Source of the DNA: Trichinella spiralis
Lineage: Eukaryota
Assembly: GCF_000181795.1 (NCBI RefSeq)
Contig: NW_003526941.1
Location: forward strand, 6,501,659-6,536,637
DNA length: 34,979 nt
Direction of reading: 5' to 3'
A model generated the notes under the pieces. It was not told where the DNA came from. It saw only the letters and a list, made by a program, of their open reading frames with translations, and did no database searches. Below are positions 13,801 through 26,825 of the stretch, piece by piece. Within the stretch, counting starts at the first letter, position 1; each line of letters starts with the position of its first letter. The position numbers were made by a program, and so were the translations under genes.

Positions 13801-16700
13801 AATTATTTTTCCGTTAAAAAAGCTGAAAATATGTTCATTATTTGTGTGAATCTTTTAATAATTAAACTTTTTGCAAGAAAATGAGAACAGATTTTAATGA
13901 GAATTGATTATTTTACGTTAAAGTAATAATAAATTTTATTCAGTAAGCATATCTAATCTGTGGAAATTAATAATTTAAATTCAACGACACGGTCGTATAT
14001 TTATATATTTGAATAATATTTACTTATGTGTTTTTTGTTAATTTTTTATATTCTTATTTTAATAAGTTTGCACAGTATCATCGGTGAAATTAGCTCTGTT
14101 GCTGATCGATTCTGTTGTATATGATAATAATTATATGAAAAGCTTTATTTTTGTTTTGGGAGTTTTTAACTTTTTCAGATTTTATGGTAGAAAAAAATTT
14201 TATTACCTTTATTTCAAAGAATTTATTTTCAACAGAATAGTGTTGTTAAACATTTAGCTGTTTTTTCCATTTGAATAATAATAATAAGTGCTGCACTGTT
14301 GTGCGCAGTGTATTCAAAAAATGTTTGAAATCTTGGTGTCAATTTTGATTAAGTTCATTTAAATGAGAATTTTATTGCTGTAAAATTAAGTTTGTTTTAT
14401 CGATGCATTACAACTTTAACATGCTCTTTTTTATTCTTTTTTTGATGTTTGAAAATTAATAACAAATTTTTGAAGAAATCCATAACTTTTATTTATTAAT
14501 AATTAAATAATATTTTTATATAAAAATTACTTTTAGTTTGTCATGTTATTCATTGTTTTTTAATTTTGAAATTGAATTAAAATATAATTAAAAAGATATA
14601 ATTTATTATTTGTTCGATTATTATTATATTTTTGTTTTAGTTAGTTGGCATGAATTTAAAGTCGCGTCATCTAATGAGCAGTTATATGCGTTTTACATTC
14701 TAACGCAAATTTGAATTATAATTTAATAAATAATGCGAAGTGGAAAATAATTAATCATGCATGCATAATGGGGAAAAAATTGTTCAACGTTGAAAATAAA
14801 TTTGCAGAATTTTGAGATGTGCTTAAGATTGTCAGCTTAAATGAACAAAGAGCACACATAATTGCTAACTAATTGCTAATGACCAATTGAGCTTGAAAGG
14901 TGGTGATTTTTTTTTTCATTTCTTCTTCTTCTTCTATTTCGCTTTTTGCTGAACAAATTGGCCGTTGATGAATTTTCAACTGGAATGTTGGGATACTGTT
15001 GATTTTTGAATTGTATTATTCCTTCTTGTGCTTTTTCCTTTCGCTGGAAATTGACATCTACAAGACAAGAGGGGCTTTACAGCTTGAAAAGTTGAAGTTG
15101 CTTTTCTGCCAAATGACAAATTTGGCTTCTGTTTGAAAAATTGCAAATGTTATCGACAACAAACAAATTTAAATTAACTTTCATGCAAGTAATGCTAATA
15201 GCAATCAAGCGCGCGATGCTCACGGTCCATTACGCGACAGTTTAGGTGAACATTGAAAAAAAAGTTTCACACAGCTATAAACATATATATATTTATGTTT
15301 GGAATGAGATTATTGTATTTTTCTATTATATTTTGGGCAGATATTTCAAATCAACAAAATTATTTTGATAATTTTAATATTTATGAAAAAAAAGTTAATT
15401 TTTTTTCAATTCAGCTTTATGAAGTAAAAAAATTAAACAACAATTTAAAAATTGGTACTGTTACTGAACTGATGAATGCTGCTGGTCACTCAGTCAGTTC
15501 ATTCGGTGCTGGTTGTTCTTTGAATTTTCTACTTCACTAGTGACTGTTCAATTGGCCGTGCGTTTTACAGTTATTGAAACGTTGTTTGTCAGTTAAGATT
15601 GTCAGAATTGAATCTGCTCAATGGTGCACAAACGTTTTTGCACTAAAATTGACACACCCGTAAAGCTTCAGGTGGTCAAATCACGGCTAATCGAAAGCAA
15701 CGTGATGCGTGAATCAAGTATTAATATCCATAGTAGGTGTTTAGATCGGCTTGTTGTGTTGCTAAGCGCGCCACAGCCATCCATTCAACCATCATCCAAA
15801 TTACTATTATTGGTTGCTCTTTTTTTGTTTTATTATTTTTAAATTTATTCTCTCATCTATCTACTGATGTAATGTTTGTTTTTAATTAAATATTCTCCGA
15901 CTCTCTCTTCCGTTTTGGAGATATTATTTACTGCTTATTTTGTAATATTTTCATTTTTTTCTCATTGCATATATTTGTTTGCTTGCTTTGTTTTTCTTTT
16001 TGTGCTCTTCAGTCATCCATCGCTCGTATGATATTATTGCATGTCACGCGTGTTCGATGATGACCAACAATTTCTTATAACTGCGCATCTAGCAGTCCAT
16101 TACTTGAACGGACAAATTCAATCTTGTACTTGATCAGCTTTGTCAAGAAATCAATTACTTTTTAATATAGGCGCTAATTTGAGAGTCTCCTGTGGTTGGT
16201 CGACGACAGCAGCTGGTGTTACACGTGAACCGCCGCTTCCGATACCATCATCCATGGGTATTTTAAATTATTAACAAACTCAGCTGAGAATTGGGCGGCA
16301 CCTCATCGTTTCCTGACACCATCACACTGTTCTACTGCTAGCTGTGAACACACACACAGGCGCATAATTTTTGCATTTTCTCACTCTCCACTGGCTGACA
16401 GTGGGACGACCAATAATCGTCGTGCATCGTCATTATATCTTCCTCCTCCTTTTTCAACTCGTTGTCGTCTTCATCATCTTACAACGTGAAATTATTGTTA
16501 GTCCACATCCGTCAATTGAAGCTACACCATACCAAGCAAACAAGCAGAAGACTATCCCATCTTCCTTTTTTCTCTCATTCATCCAACACTGGTTTGTTTT
16601 TTATATTAATTTTATTTTAATTTTTACAATTATATTTTTATGCAATTTTCGATGCAGCGAACAAACAGCCGGCTAACTTTGTTCAACTGGAGCTGTTGTG

Positions 16701-17002
16701 GTTGTTGTTGTTGTTGTTGTTCTTGGCCAATCTGTTTGTCTGTTGGAGATTATTTTCCAACAACCAACTCTTAAAGGTGAAACGTTCAGCATTGTCGTCG
16801 TCAACCGATTGTTAAATCCTTTGCGTGCATCATCCCTTTCGACGTTGTTCGCTTTTTTGCTTCTGCTTTTAAGCATTGCTTTCGGAGGTCAGCATCGCTG
16901 TTTATTATCATCTTTGCTGTTCCGCTTCATATCCACATTTCTATTTCTGATTTAGTGACTTGAAGCAGTTTTGTTGTTGTTGTTTTTGTTGTTGTTGTTG
17001 TT
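16701..17002. repeat. Two (GTT)n microsatellites (16701-16722, ~16969-17002) upstream of the Ly-6 gene start
   Basis: Read directly from the sequence. Confidence 0.85.
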
Positions 17003-17038
17003 TACGAAATTTTTTGCCTGTGCTCTTTGGCTTTAACG

Positions 17039-20000
17039 ATGGCATTGGTCTTTCAATTGACCATGTTTTCGTTGTTCTCCATGGCCAAAACGACACCGAA
17101 AACTGTCACTGCACGTCGTATATTTTACGAAACTACACCATTTGAAGACAAATCCGGTAAGTAACTGCAATGATGATGCTTTTTCTATGTTTTTCACCGA
17201 ATGTAAAAAATCAGCTTTCATTTTTACCACATCAAACAGTTATATTGCTGTTATTTCACATTGTATGTTGTACTCTGCGGGCCATTTTCCTCGAGTTCTT
17301 AGCTGTTTTTCTTCTTGTACTTTATCAGTATTTTTCAAAAATCCGGTCGATATTGGACATCAGTTGACCGTCTGACCGCTTCGAGCATCAAGCGGCAAGT
17401 CAATTAATTCTTTTTCCAAGTAACGGCTCGTTTACTACTAGATCATCTTTGAAGTGCTTACTCAATTCGACTGTGAAAAATAATTGAAGAAAATTGTAGT
17501 ATTTCAAATTGAACTTTCTACTCTCTCGACTGTTCAAAATGGACTGGTCCTTTTAATTTATTGTAATTTTCTGTTCTTTTTAATATTCCTCTACATACAA
17601 ATTATCCCACGTGCATACAAATAAGCAGATGTTGATTTTCCACTTTACACTGCGGGGTATATTTTAATTTTTTTTTCTGTTTTTGACGAAGGCTGTGGAT
17701 AGGCATGAAAATTATCAGGTCTGTATGTATTTCCTAGTGTAAACGATTTTCTTTACACTCATAGAATTCAACTTGTCAGTTTTTTGATTTTAAAATGCTT
17801 CGTGATGTTCAGTGTTATTTATTTATTTTTTGCTTTGACATTATTATTAATATGATGTTTTTATGGAATTCTTTTTTAAAATTAACTGCTTTGACCTTTA
17901 GAATGAATATTCGTTCGAATTATGGTTATTTATTTAATTTTTTTGGTTTCTGGAAGTCATTTAAAAATTGATAAAGTAGCTGTTTTTCTTGCTTATCTCG
18001 TGTTGAACACAATTTCACTCGTGGGAATCAGGCACCACTTCCTCTTGTAACAGTTGCTAATTGTATAAGAATGGTGAAAGTAGTTTTGAATTAAATTAAA
18101 AAATTCACAATTCCATTTATTAATAAGTTGTATTTGTTTTTTAATTAATAGCCAATTAGCAGTTCATTTGAAGTGGCAATTTTATTTATGTTGTTCAAAA
18201 GAGTGCTGTTTCCAATAGGCAATTTTATTATTCACTTGAATTCGGTTGAAGTGTTCAGTTAATTGTTTAGTAAATTTATCAAACAATTACATTGTATTAG
18301 TAAGTAGATGTATGTAAATGAGATTTTCATGTTAAATAATGCATAACTTTTCGAGAATCAATCTTTGTCAGATTTATATACGTATATTTTTTAAAATTTC
18401 ATTTGTTGAATGAAAATTTTAGTGATTGATTATGCATACACTGATATATATATATATGTAGATACAATAGGTGATGTAGAAATTTTTAATTTTTAATTGC
18501 TACTTTGGACAGTGAATGTTATGACTAGAATAATAGCAGAAAGATTGAAAATTGAGAATTGTATGTATAATGGAATTTCGGTGAAAAATTTTTCTACTGT
18601 ATATAATTAGTAAAAATGATGCTTAACAATTTTAGCAATGTCATGTGCTTTTTGCCCGCAGATTGCACTTGTAGTAGTTGTGGTAGTAGTATTGCGTTGA
18701 AAGCGATCGTCTATTGAAGCCCTAATAACAGTGCATAAGGAAAGTAAATATAAATTGAAGTCGATAAAATTGGCCACATGTCTGGCAAACTTAAGCTTTT
18801 GCTATACTGAAGATGCAACAAAGCGTTGCACTTGAACGCATAGACCACTAGATTGATGCTTTGAAATTGTCTGCGAAAATGATATCCGCGGGATGAACTG
18901 AAGGCGAACTGCTGATGCTGGACGATTAAGCAGTGAAGCTTTAATATGCTTTCATTCTGGCACAAATTAATAATAATTTACGTGTTGCGTTAATTGCAAG
19001 TATTTATGCCTGAAGCCTCTGCAGCACAGTTGATCTCATTTTCAAAAGCCTCAACTGGCGCACGAAGCTGAACTTTTCTCAGCAGTTGCTTTTCATCTTT
19101 TCGGTCGACAGTTCAGCTTGAAGACTGTTGGTTCTCTTTTTCTCTTCCATATTCAAAATAGGAAAATAAATTTAAATCAACTTTCATAACTGGTTAGCTT
19201 GTTAAGGTATCATTTTAAATGAATATATTTGTAGCAATTATTACATAAGGAATTGAAACTGATTATTTTATTTTATAATTATTATTGTTATTGTCTTCAT
19301 TTTAATCTGCGCAACTGATAAATTCTTTTATTAGCTATCGTTATTTTATTTGCTTATGCTTATCATATGCAATGTATTGGTTAATTGTTGGTCGACGGTG
19401 AAAAGAAAATTATTCCCTTCTTTAACATTAAATTGTTATGTAGAGGTGTTTTGTTCAATTAGAGAGTTAATTATTGATCAAAACGCGTTTGCATACGGGC
19501 ATTGCTTTTCGTTTTTACATTCGATATGTTGCAATACAATTTTTCCTCTTCAACAACGTCATATATAGTTCAGCTATTCTATTTTAACGATTTTTTCTGC
19601 TTCTTTTCTATTGTTATTGTAAGTGTTCTACGGTGAATTGCAGCTATACATTGTATATACTGTGAAAAAGCAATGCTTCCAACTCTGTGTGTGTGTGTGT
19701 TTTTATGTGAAGAAATTTTTCTTTTTTTACATTCCAACAACTTGCATTTTATTTTGTGAAAGTTATTATTTATGAAATTATAATTTTGATCAGCGGTGGT
19801 GGTGTTCAGCTTGTTTGGCTCTGTTTGCCTTTTTCAGTATAGGTGATTAATTGATTTCGTTAATTCCGCAATTTGAAAATTGCCACTTTTTATAAACAAT
19901 GCTTCTTATATCAATCTTGTGTATTTGTGCTTCAGCATGCATTAGCAGCAATAAAAGCATGCAAATGCAGCCTTTACAAAATGATCAAATGGTGAATCAT

Positions 20001-23000
20001 TGTTGTCATTGCCGTTCAGGATAAATGGTAATTTGTAAAAGGAAGGAGGCTCCGGACGGGGGGTTGGGATTGAAAGAAGCAGTGGTGAAAATGCCAGGTT
20101 TCTCGACGAACCCATTGCTGAAGTGACCGACCAGAATATTCTTACGCTAATCAATGTACCAACTTGACGACGGTTGTGTCAATAGACGACTCGTGGGATT
20201 GGGTTTGAAGTGGACAAAGCGATCCGAGCAATCGGTTGAATAGCCTATCCGGCTTGCAATGTGGCTCCATTACCTTCCAAGCAGGTGTCCGAGCGAACAA
20301 GCTTTACAATCACTTTTAGCACCCAAACAATCAATGCTCGCGTGCTATTTTACCATATCGACCAGAGCCGAACGCTCCACACTGCTTGTCTTGCAAGATT
20401 TGTTTCGATTTTCTGAAAAGCATATCTATATGCGCTCAACAATTGCCTAGTCAGTCGATCTTGTTGTTTGAGTGAAAAAGTGACTCCTCTGGGACAAATT
20501 TGATCCATTCAAAAATGACAAAACGATTCATGCCTTTGCTTTTATATCTTTTTTTGTTATTCTATCTTTGATATTTTTTCTTAGTTTAAAGTTTCTTCTT
20601 GAGAAATTTTTACTTTAAATGTGTCTTTTCTTCATTCATTGTTTTTACCCCTTTTAATTGTATTTCTGTAGCCTTCAATTTGTCCATTTTCATGCAGTTG
20701 TGTTTTGAGGGGGTTTATGTAAATTTTCCTTTTCTTTCTCAACGAATCTTATTAATCATCTGCTGTTTGGACCAGCAGAATTTATTCCAATCAGAAATAT
20801 TTGGAAATTAACTTAATTTTCAATTATTTGAACATTTACAAAATAAATATACTCCTCACTCAACATTGCTTTGTTAAGCAATTCTTATTGATGAATAGTT
20901 TTCTAATTGAAATATCGAGTTTGTAAATAATCGTAGCAACGCAAAATACTTGCTAGCATTGTTGAAGTGCACACTTGTTGATCTGTTGCTGTTAATTGCT
21001 ATTACAACATTTTAATTTTTAATTTCATCTTCATCATCTATCATCCACCGCTGATGGATACTTTTGGGTTTGCTTTTCGTTTTCTTTCGCTTTCATCAAT
21101 CACATTCTTCTATATAATTTATGCTTATTTAAATTTCTTTTTTCATTCAATTCGTATTCAATTTTAATCATCACAAAATTGAAATGATATCTTTTTTCAA
21201 ATACTGTCGTTTAGTATAATGTATGTATCATTTTTAGAAGAAGAAATCTGAGAATATTTTGAAAAATTATAATTACTTTATTACACGTAGTACTTATTAT
21301 TATTAAGCATTTTTATCATATTTCATTATCTACTTATTCAAAATCTATTTTTGATATGATTTTTCTATATTAGTATTATTCAGATGGTGATTTTATTTGG
21401 ATGAAATTTATTAATTACTACTTTATACTCCGTGTACATAAATACTTTTGCTTTTGTTAAAATTAATTATTATTAATGCACACGAACGCGTGTTTGTCAC
21501 GAAATTTTTATATTATATATATTTGGAAATAATAATAATAAGTATTATTATTGTTGTTGTAGTATGAGAAGATGATGCATTTTTTTTAGTTAAGTTGAGA
21601 AATATGTTTGTTCTAGTGTGAAATTTGTAGTGCGAAATTTGAACGTTCGAAACCTTTTTCTACATCGAATTTACTTATTGAAAATTTTAAATTAGACTCT
21701 TGAGATGGGTTTGAAATTTTTTCCCCTTCTTTACTTAACAAAAGCTGCCGGACAGAATTTGCTGATTGATTTATTTTCAGCTCCTCTGAGCTTTGCCAGT
21801 GTTATTTCGTTTTGCTCAAATTGGTTGACATAACGCCTTGTAGCTGCTTCCTGCGAATTTCGTTTCTAGACACATTTTACTATGCGGTTTATTATGAATT
21901 GTTCTCCACTTTATTACTTGATAAACAATTCATTTTCCCATTCAACGTTTTCCAACAGTAGACTCAGCGGTATAATATGTTCCATTTGAATGGCATCACC
22001 GATGTGCGGTTAAAATCTGCTTAATCGAATAGTATCACTTGTTTGCACGTTTATGGCCTCAAATGTGGTGGAAATTTTATCTTTTTTATTATACAACATG
22101 ACGCTTGATCCTCTTGATTCCAGTTGTGAGTTGCATTTCATTTCAAAATTTTTGCTCTTCACATCTTCTTTGATTCATTTATTGATAATGGGAAATTTTA
22201 TTGATTTCATCTACACGCTTTCATATGACATTTTTAATAATAAAAAAAGCCAAAAAAACGTAGAATCCGCTTATTGTATAAAAGCAAACTTACACTTGTT
22301 GCACGAAGTATGTTAATTAAAAAATAATAATGACCGACATTGTGCAGTGTTGCTGGTGATTTTTATCCATATTGCTTACGTACGATATGCGTGATGATGC
22401 ATCGTAAAATTATGTTTTATTATTGATTTCATTATTACTTGAATAAGTTGCAGTGGTCATGTATTTCTTGTTTTAATGGCTTTTTTGAAAATTAATTTCA
22501 TTTCTCCTTCTCTTTAGCTCAATATGCAACCCAATGCTATAGCTGTATGTCGACGTTGTATGAAAATCTTTGGTACGAGTCGGGCATTTCATTGCTTTAC
22601 AAAAAGCCCGAATCGTTCACAAGCTACTGTGACCAAGATCGGTTTGACAGCAGGAAAGTGCTTGCAAAGCCTTGCAGCGATCACTGTATTATTATTGAAA
22701 ATGAAAACGTTATTTTTGGTAAGTTTAATTTTAAAAGAAGAACTTTCAAAATATAAGCAAAATTAAATTGAATTATATTAGTTGTTGTTGCTCATGTATA
22801 TGACAACGGTTGAGGTGTTACTAAAAAATTTGATTATCTTAATTGATGAAATGTTGTTTGTTTGTGAAAAGGAAGGGTGCGTTGGTTTGCAAATTCACTT
22901 CATATTCTTTTTTGTGTATGTAATGTTATTGATAGTGATATTTTAAACGACATACATGTTGATGTAGATTTAAGGATTGCAATGGAATATGATATTGCAG

Positions 23001-23281
23001 GTAATATCCGCAGAACGTACATGCGCGGCTGTTTATCCGATATTATCAATTATAATATGACTACGATCAGCTATTTGAATCATCGGCACAAGTGCCTGAC
23101 CATCCCGATGCGATATTTATTCATGGGTTCTTATCGCAGTGTGCAGAATCAGCCTCTGCGAATATGTGCCTGCTTCACCGGTCATTGCAACGGTTCTTCT
23201 GCTGTTTCTGTGCATTTTACCAACAAAATACTCCTCTTCATCACTCTGCTCCATTTCTCAGTTCGGCTATTCCATTTCTGA
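17039..23281 (+). CDS. Ly-6/three-finger GPI-anchored protein of the nematode ODR-2/HOT family, ~199 aa; exons 17039-17156, 22518-22718, 23001-23281
   Basis: Exons 2-3 encode CYSCMS..YCD..PCSDHC..YMRGC..KC..ICACFTGHCN (10 Cys, ending CN) followed by GSS and a hydrophobic tail (GPI signal). Candidate exon 1 (MALVFQLTMFSLFSMAK.., signal-peptide-like) ends in phase 1 at a G|GTAAGT donor and joins exon 2 in frame. Exon 1 is less certain than exons 2-3. Confidence 0.8.
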
Positions 23282-26200
23282 TCATCAGTTTGAATATGCT
23301 TCAACCATTCCGATATTTGTGTAAAGTATTTTATTTATATTTTTATTGGCTTTAATATTTTGCTGGAAAGAAAGTTCAACCGATGAAAATTTGTAATATG
23401 AGAAATTTTTTGTTTCATTCATTCTTCACTATTTTTGTTGATGCTTTTTTAAATTTTTTTTTACAAAAAATATTAATCAATTCATCATGGACTTTTGAAG
23501 TTTGGGTATTTTCTGTGGCAAAATGGAAGAAATGTTTGGAGATTTGACAATCGACGAGTGATGAGATGAGATTAACGTATTTACGTGAAATTAATAAAAC
23601 TGACCTGCGCAATTCTGCCGACATGTATAATCTCTCTGATTTAATTGCGCATGCAAAAATTTTTCCCTTCAGATGATCTGTTATCAGTTTGACGTCAGCG
23701 TGTAAATTATTGGCCGGTGAAATTTATTAAAAATGCAACATTTGGAATTTGATGAGCGTTCGATGAGCCAGCCAGCTAACCAACCAACCAACAGGGTGCT
23801 TTTCCACTATCAACGCTGCAGTTGGTATTCTGTTTTCTCTTTGTTCCTCAAGCTTTAAGCCTATTTAGATATATGAAGGAAAAATTTTCCCCAACGCACC
23901 AGCAGCAACGACCAACGTCCACATCGAATCCATCGATTGTTCGAACAATAAGCGTAAGCGAAGATAATTTTACTTTGCACTTTTTTGCTTGCATAACAAA
24001 TAATAGATTGGGATGAATTAATTTTTGATGAATAATTTGAAAGCAATATTTTATTAGTTCTAAAGGAAAGTGAACAAAAAGTTTTTTTTTCTAAAAAAAT
24101 TGTTTTTCACTGCATTAAAAATTTTGAATTGTAACAGTTTGATGTAACATTTCAAATAATCTTATTTATACCTGATTAAATTTTTTTGTCGTACAAATTA
24201 CAGTAATCTATGCCACGCATGACGTTGATGTATTGACTAATTTATAAAAAAAATTGTCAGTGAAATTGAATTACTCAAAAAATAAATTTGCTAAAGCAGT
24301 AGTTTTCATTAATTAATTGTAAAATTGTATTTGCAACAAATTAATTACTTATTTGAAAAAATTGAAACAACAAGTTGCGTCAAGTGTTTTTTTAAGCTGA
24401 GCAATGTCGAGCAATTTTATTCTGATCGTGTGTAATTTCAGTCTTTATCTTTGATTCAAAGTGAATGTTTGAATTTTCTCTACAATCTGAGCATAGGGTA
24501 AATTTTTTTGATAATTACCTTACGACAATGGTTATCTAGATGTATGTATGTATACCTTTTTTTTCTTCCAATACACAATTCGCCAGCGACGAAGTTTGCT
24601 TTGAAAATACTTCTTCTACCAAAGCGGATGCTGTTTGACATGTTTCTTTGATTATACAGAAAGGCGTGGCGGTTTTGTTCCATTGTTCCGCATCAATTCT
24701 GATGACGAGAATTGTTGATATGATCTCTTGATAGGATTGAACTGACAATTGGCTGAAGGCCATTCACAAAATTCTGATCACTGGTATTTTGAGTTGATGA
24801 ATTGTTCTATCTGTTTATTCGGTGTTTTCTATGCCTGCGGAACACTGTGGTCGAGTGGGCTTTTCACGAGCAGCCCACAATTTCAGTGCAGTGCAATTTC
24901 ACGCCAACAGGCGTACTTCCTTTATTTTCAAAGTTCAAATACGGATAGAAACACACTTTGAAGCACTGTATAGTTAGTTGTATTATGTGAAAATTGTATT
25001 TGTATGAAAAAAGCTATTATCAATTGTCGGGCGGTGGTTCTTTTTTTTATTTATTTATTTATTTTCTCTTAATAATTTAAAACATAACATGTTCAATTTT
25101 GTCATTTGGGAAAAAATTACCTCCGTTCGAATAGATCAAATCTGTTGTCGGTTGATTAGTTTAAAGTTTAAGTGATTTTGGTTATAGTGTAAATTTTAAT
25201 TGTACAAAGGAAAAAAAAAGATTTTTCACGTCCGAACGATTTCCGGTCAAAAGAGATGTTCAAGCAATGGTGAAGTGTATGGTATGAAAGCGGACGCAAA
25301 AATGAATGACCACCAGCACGTCATGGTTGAATTCCACTGTACAGGGTCGGCTATGTTGGTCGTGTTGACATGAACACGACAAGTTTGTTGTTCTCCAAGG
25401 CTTATTTTCGTGCAGCTTCCACTTTTGCGTACAATTGTTCATTCATTGTTCAGTACAATAGAGTAGTAGAATTTGGGAATCGTGGAACAGGGTGGGGGGG
25501 GGACGCTTTTTCAATGCACAAATTTTGGAATCAAACGAAATTTATTTATTAATATTCATTTTTTTCACTGAAATATTCTGATAATCACAAATCCATTCTA
25601 CATTCTAACATATAGTCCTTATTTACGTATAAAAATATACAGTATGGAAAATGAAATTCTCTTCTTCTTCAGACGCGGAATAATTCTATTCTAATAGGCT
25701 AAATGGTTTACAGAGTTGAAAAAAAATTACTCGATTCAATTTATTTAAAAAACTTGAAAACATCATTGTCATACTGTTTGAATTAATAATAATTAAGAAT
25801 ATATTGAATTTGTTTTGTCATTGGAAATTTGTAAATTCTCACTTTTCCTAGCAGCAGTTCAGGTGCGCATTTTATTCAAATTTGTCACTGTTTAACGCTA
25901 GTTAATTGAAATCAATTTTTGAAAGCAAAACTATCACTCTATAGGCTTTTTTTTGTGTGTGTGTATTTTTCTTTTACGAACAGCAAGCACGTCGTTTTCT
26001 ATTTTTTCAACTCTGCGAAATGTGAAACAGTAAACAAACAACCAAGCAACTAAATGTTTTTTTTATTAAGTTTTTTTCATTTTAAATTTGGTTTTTGTAA
26101 TTTAATGGCAATAAATAACGATTTAAAATTTGCAAATTTGGAATTTTTGGTCGATTTTCACCATGTAAATTATTTTCATATATATATATATGTATATAGG

Positions 26201-26446
26201 TGTTGTTGTAATGGTGGTGATTGATGATCAGAGTGGAAAATTAACGTGCTGTACGACGAATTCGGGGCTTTTTATTGAATACGAGATAAAAATCAACAAT
26301 TTCAATCGGTCACGTGCCAGTCGGGTGCCGGTGAACAAACGCTCAGAACTGTGTGTCGCGCGCCCAGTTTCAACCTGGCGACACGTTTCCATTGGACTGG
26401 TTTGTTTTTGATGAAAAACTTTACCCACCGGAGCTTTGCTATCTTG

Positions 26447-26485
26447 TTATTATAATAATAATAATAATAATTATTATTATTATTA
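26447..26485. repeat. (TAA)n(TTA)n self-complementary microsatellite
   Basis: A TAA run is immediately followed by a TTA run, forming an AT palindrome. Confidence 0.85.
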
Positions 26486-26790
26486 ATCAAAGCGTATTCA
26501 TAATCGAATACACAGTGCATTGTGGTAAGTTGTTTGTTTGTATTTTTGTTGATCAAAAACTTGAACATTCAAGTGAACCTGGTACGCGTCCGGCCGGTCT
26601 GTATTGACCACTGCAAAGCAAACACAAGTTGAACAACACCGTCACCATACCGTTGACCGGTAGTACTGTGGATCATCCACATTCGACACACTACATACAC
26701 AACATCCGAGAATCATCCGTCAGTCTCGAGTTAGCAACTGTGACCACCAGTGCAGTGGTCAGTCAGTGGTCAGTGAATTCACATACATTC

Positions 26791-26825
26791 GTCGTCGTCG
26801 TCGTCGTCGTCGTTGTTGTTGTTGT
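26791..26825. repeat. Compound (GTC)n(GTT)n microsatellite
   Basis: Read directly from the sequence. Confidence 0.9.

Noticed and set aside
22877..23000. N-terminal part of the 134-aa ORF 22877-23281
   Set aside because: Read-through of Ly-6 intron 2; the exon starts after TTGCAG at 23001.
24529..24546. 17/18 match to the body of miR-9 (TGGTTATCTAGATGTATG) near a HES gene
   Set aside because: The seed region mismatches (CAATGG versus CTTTGG) and no complementary star arm or hairpin is nearby. Probably chance.
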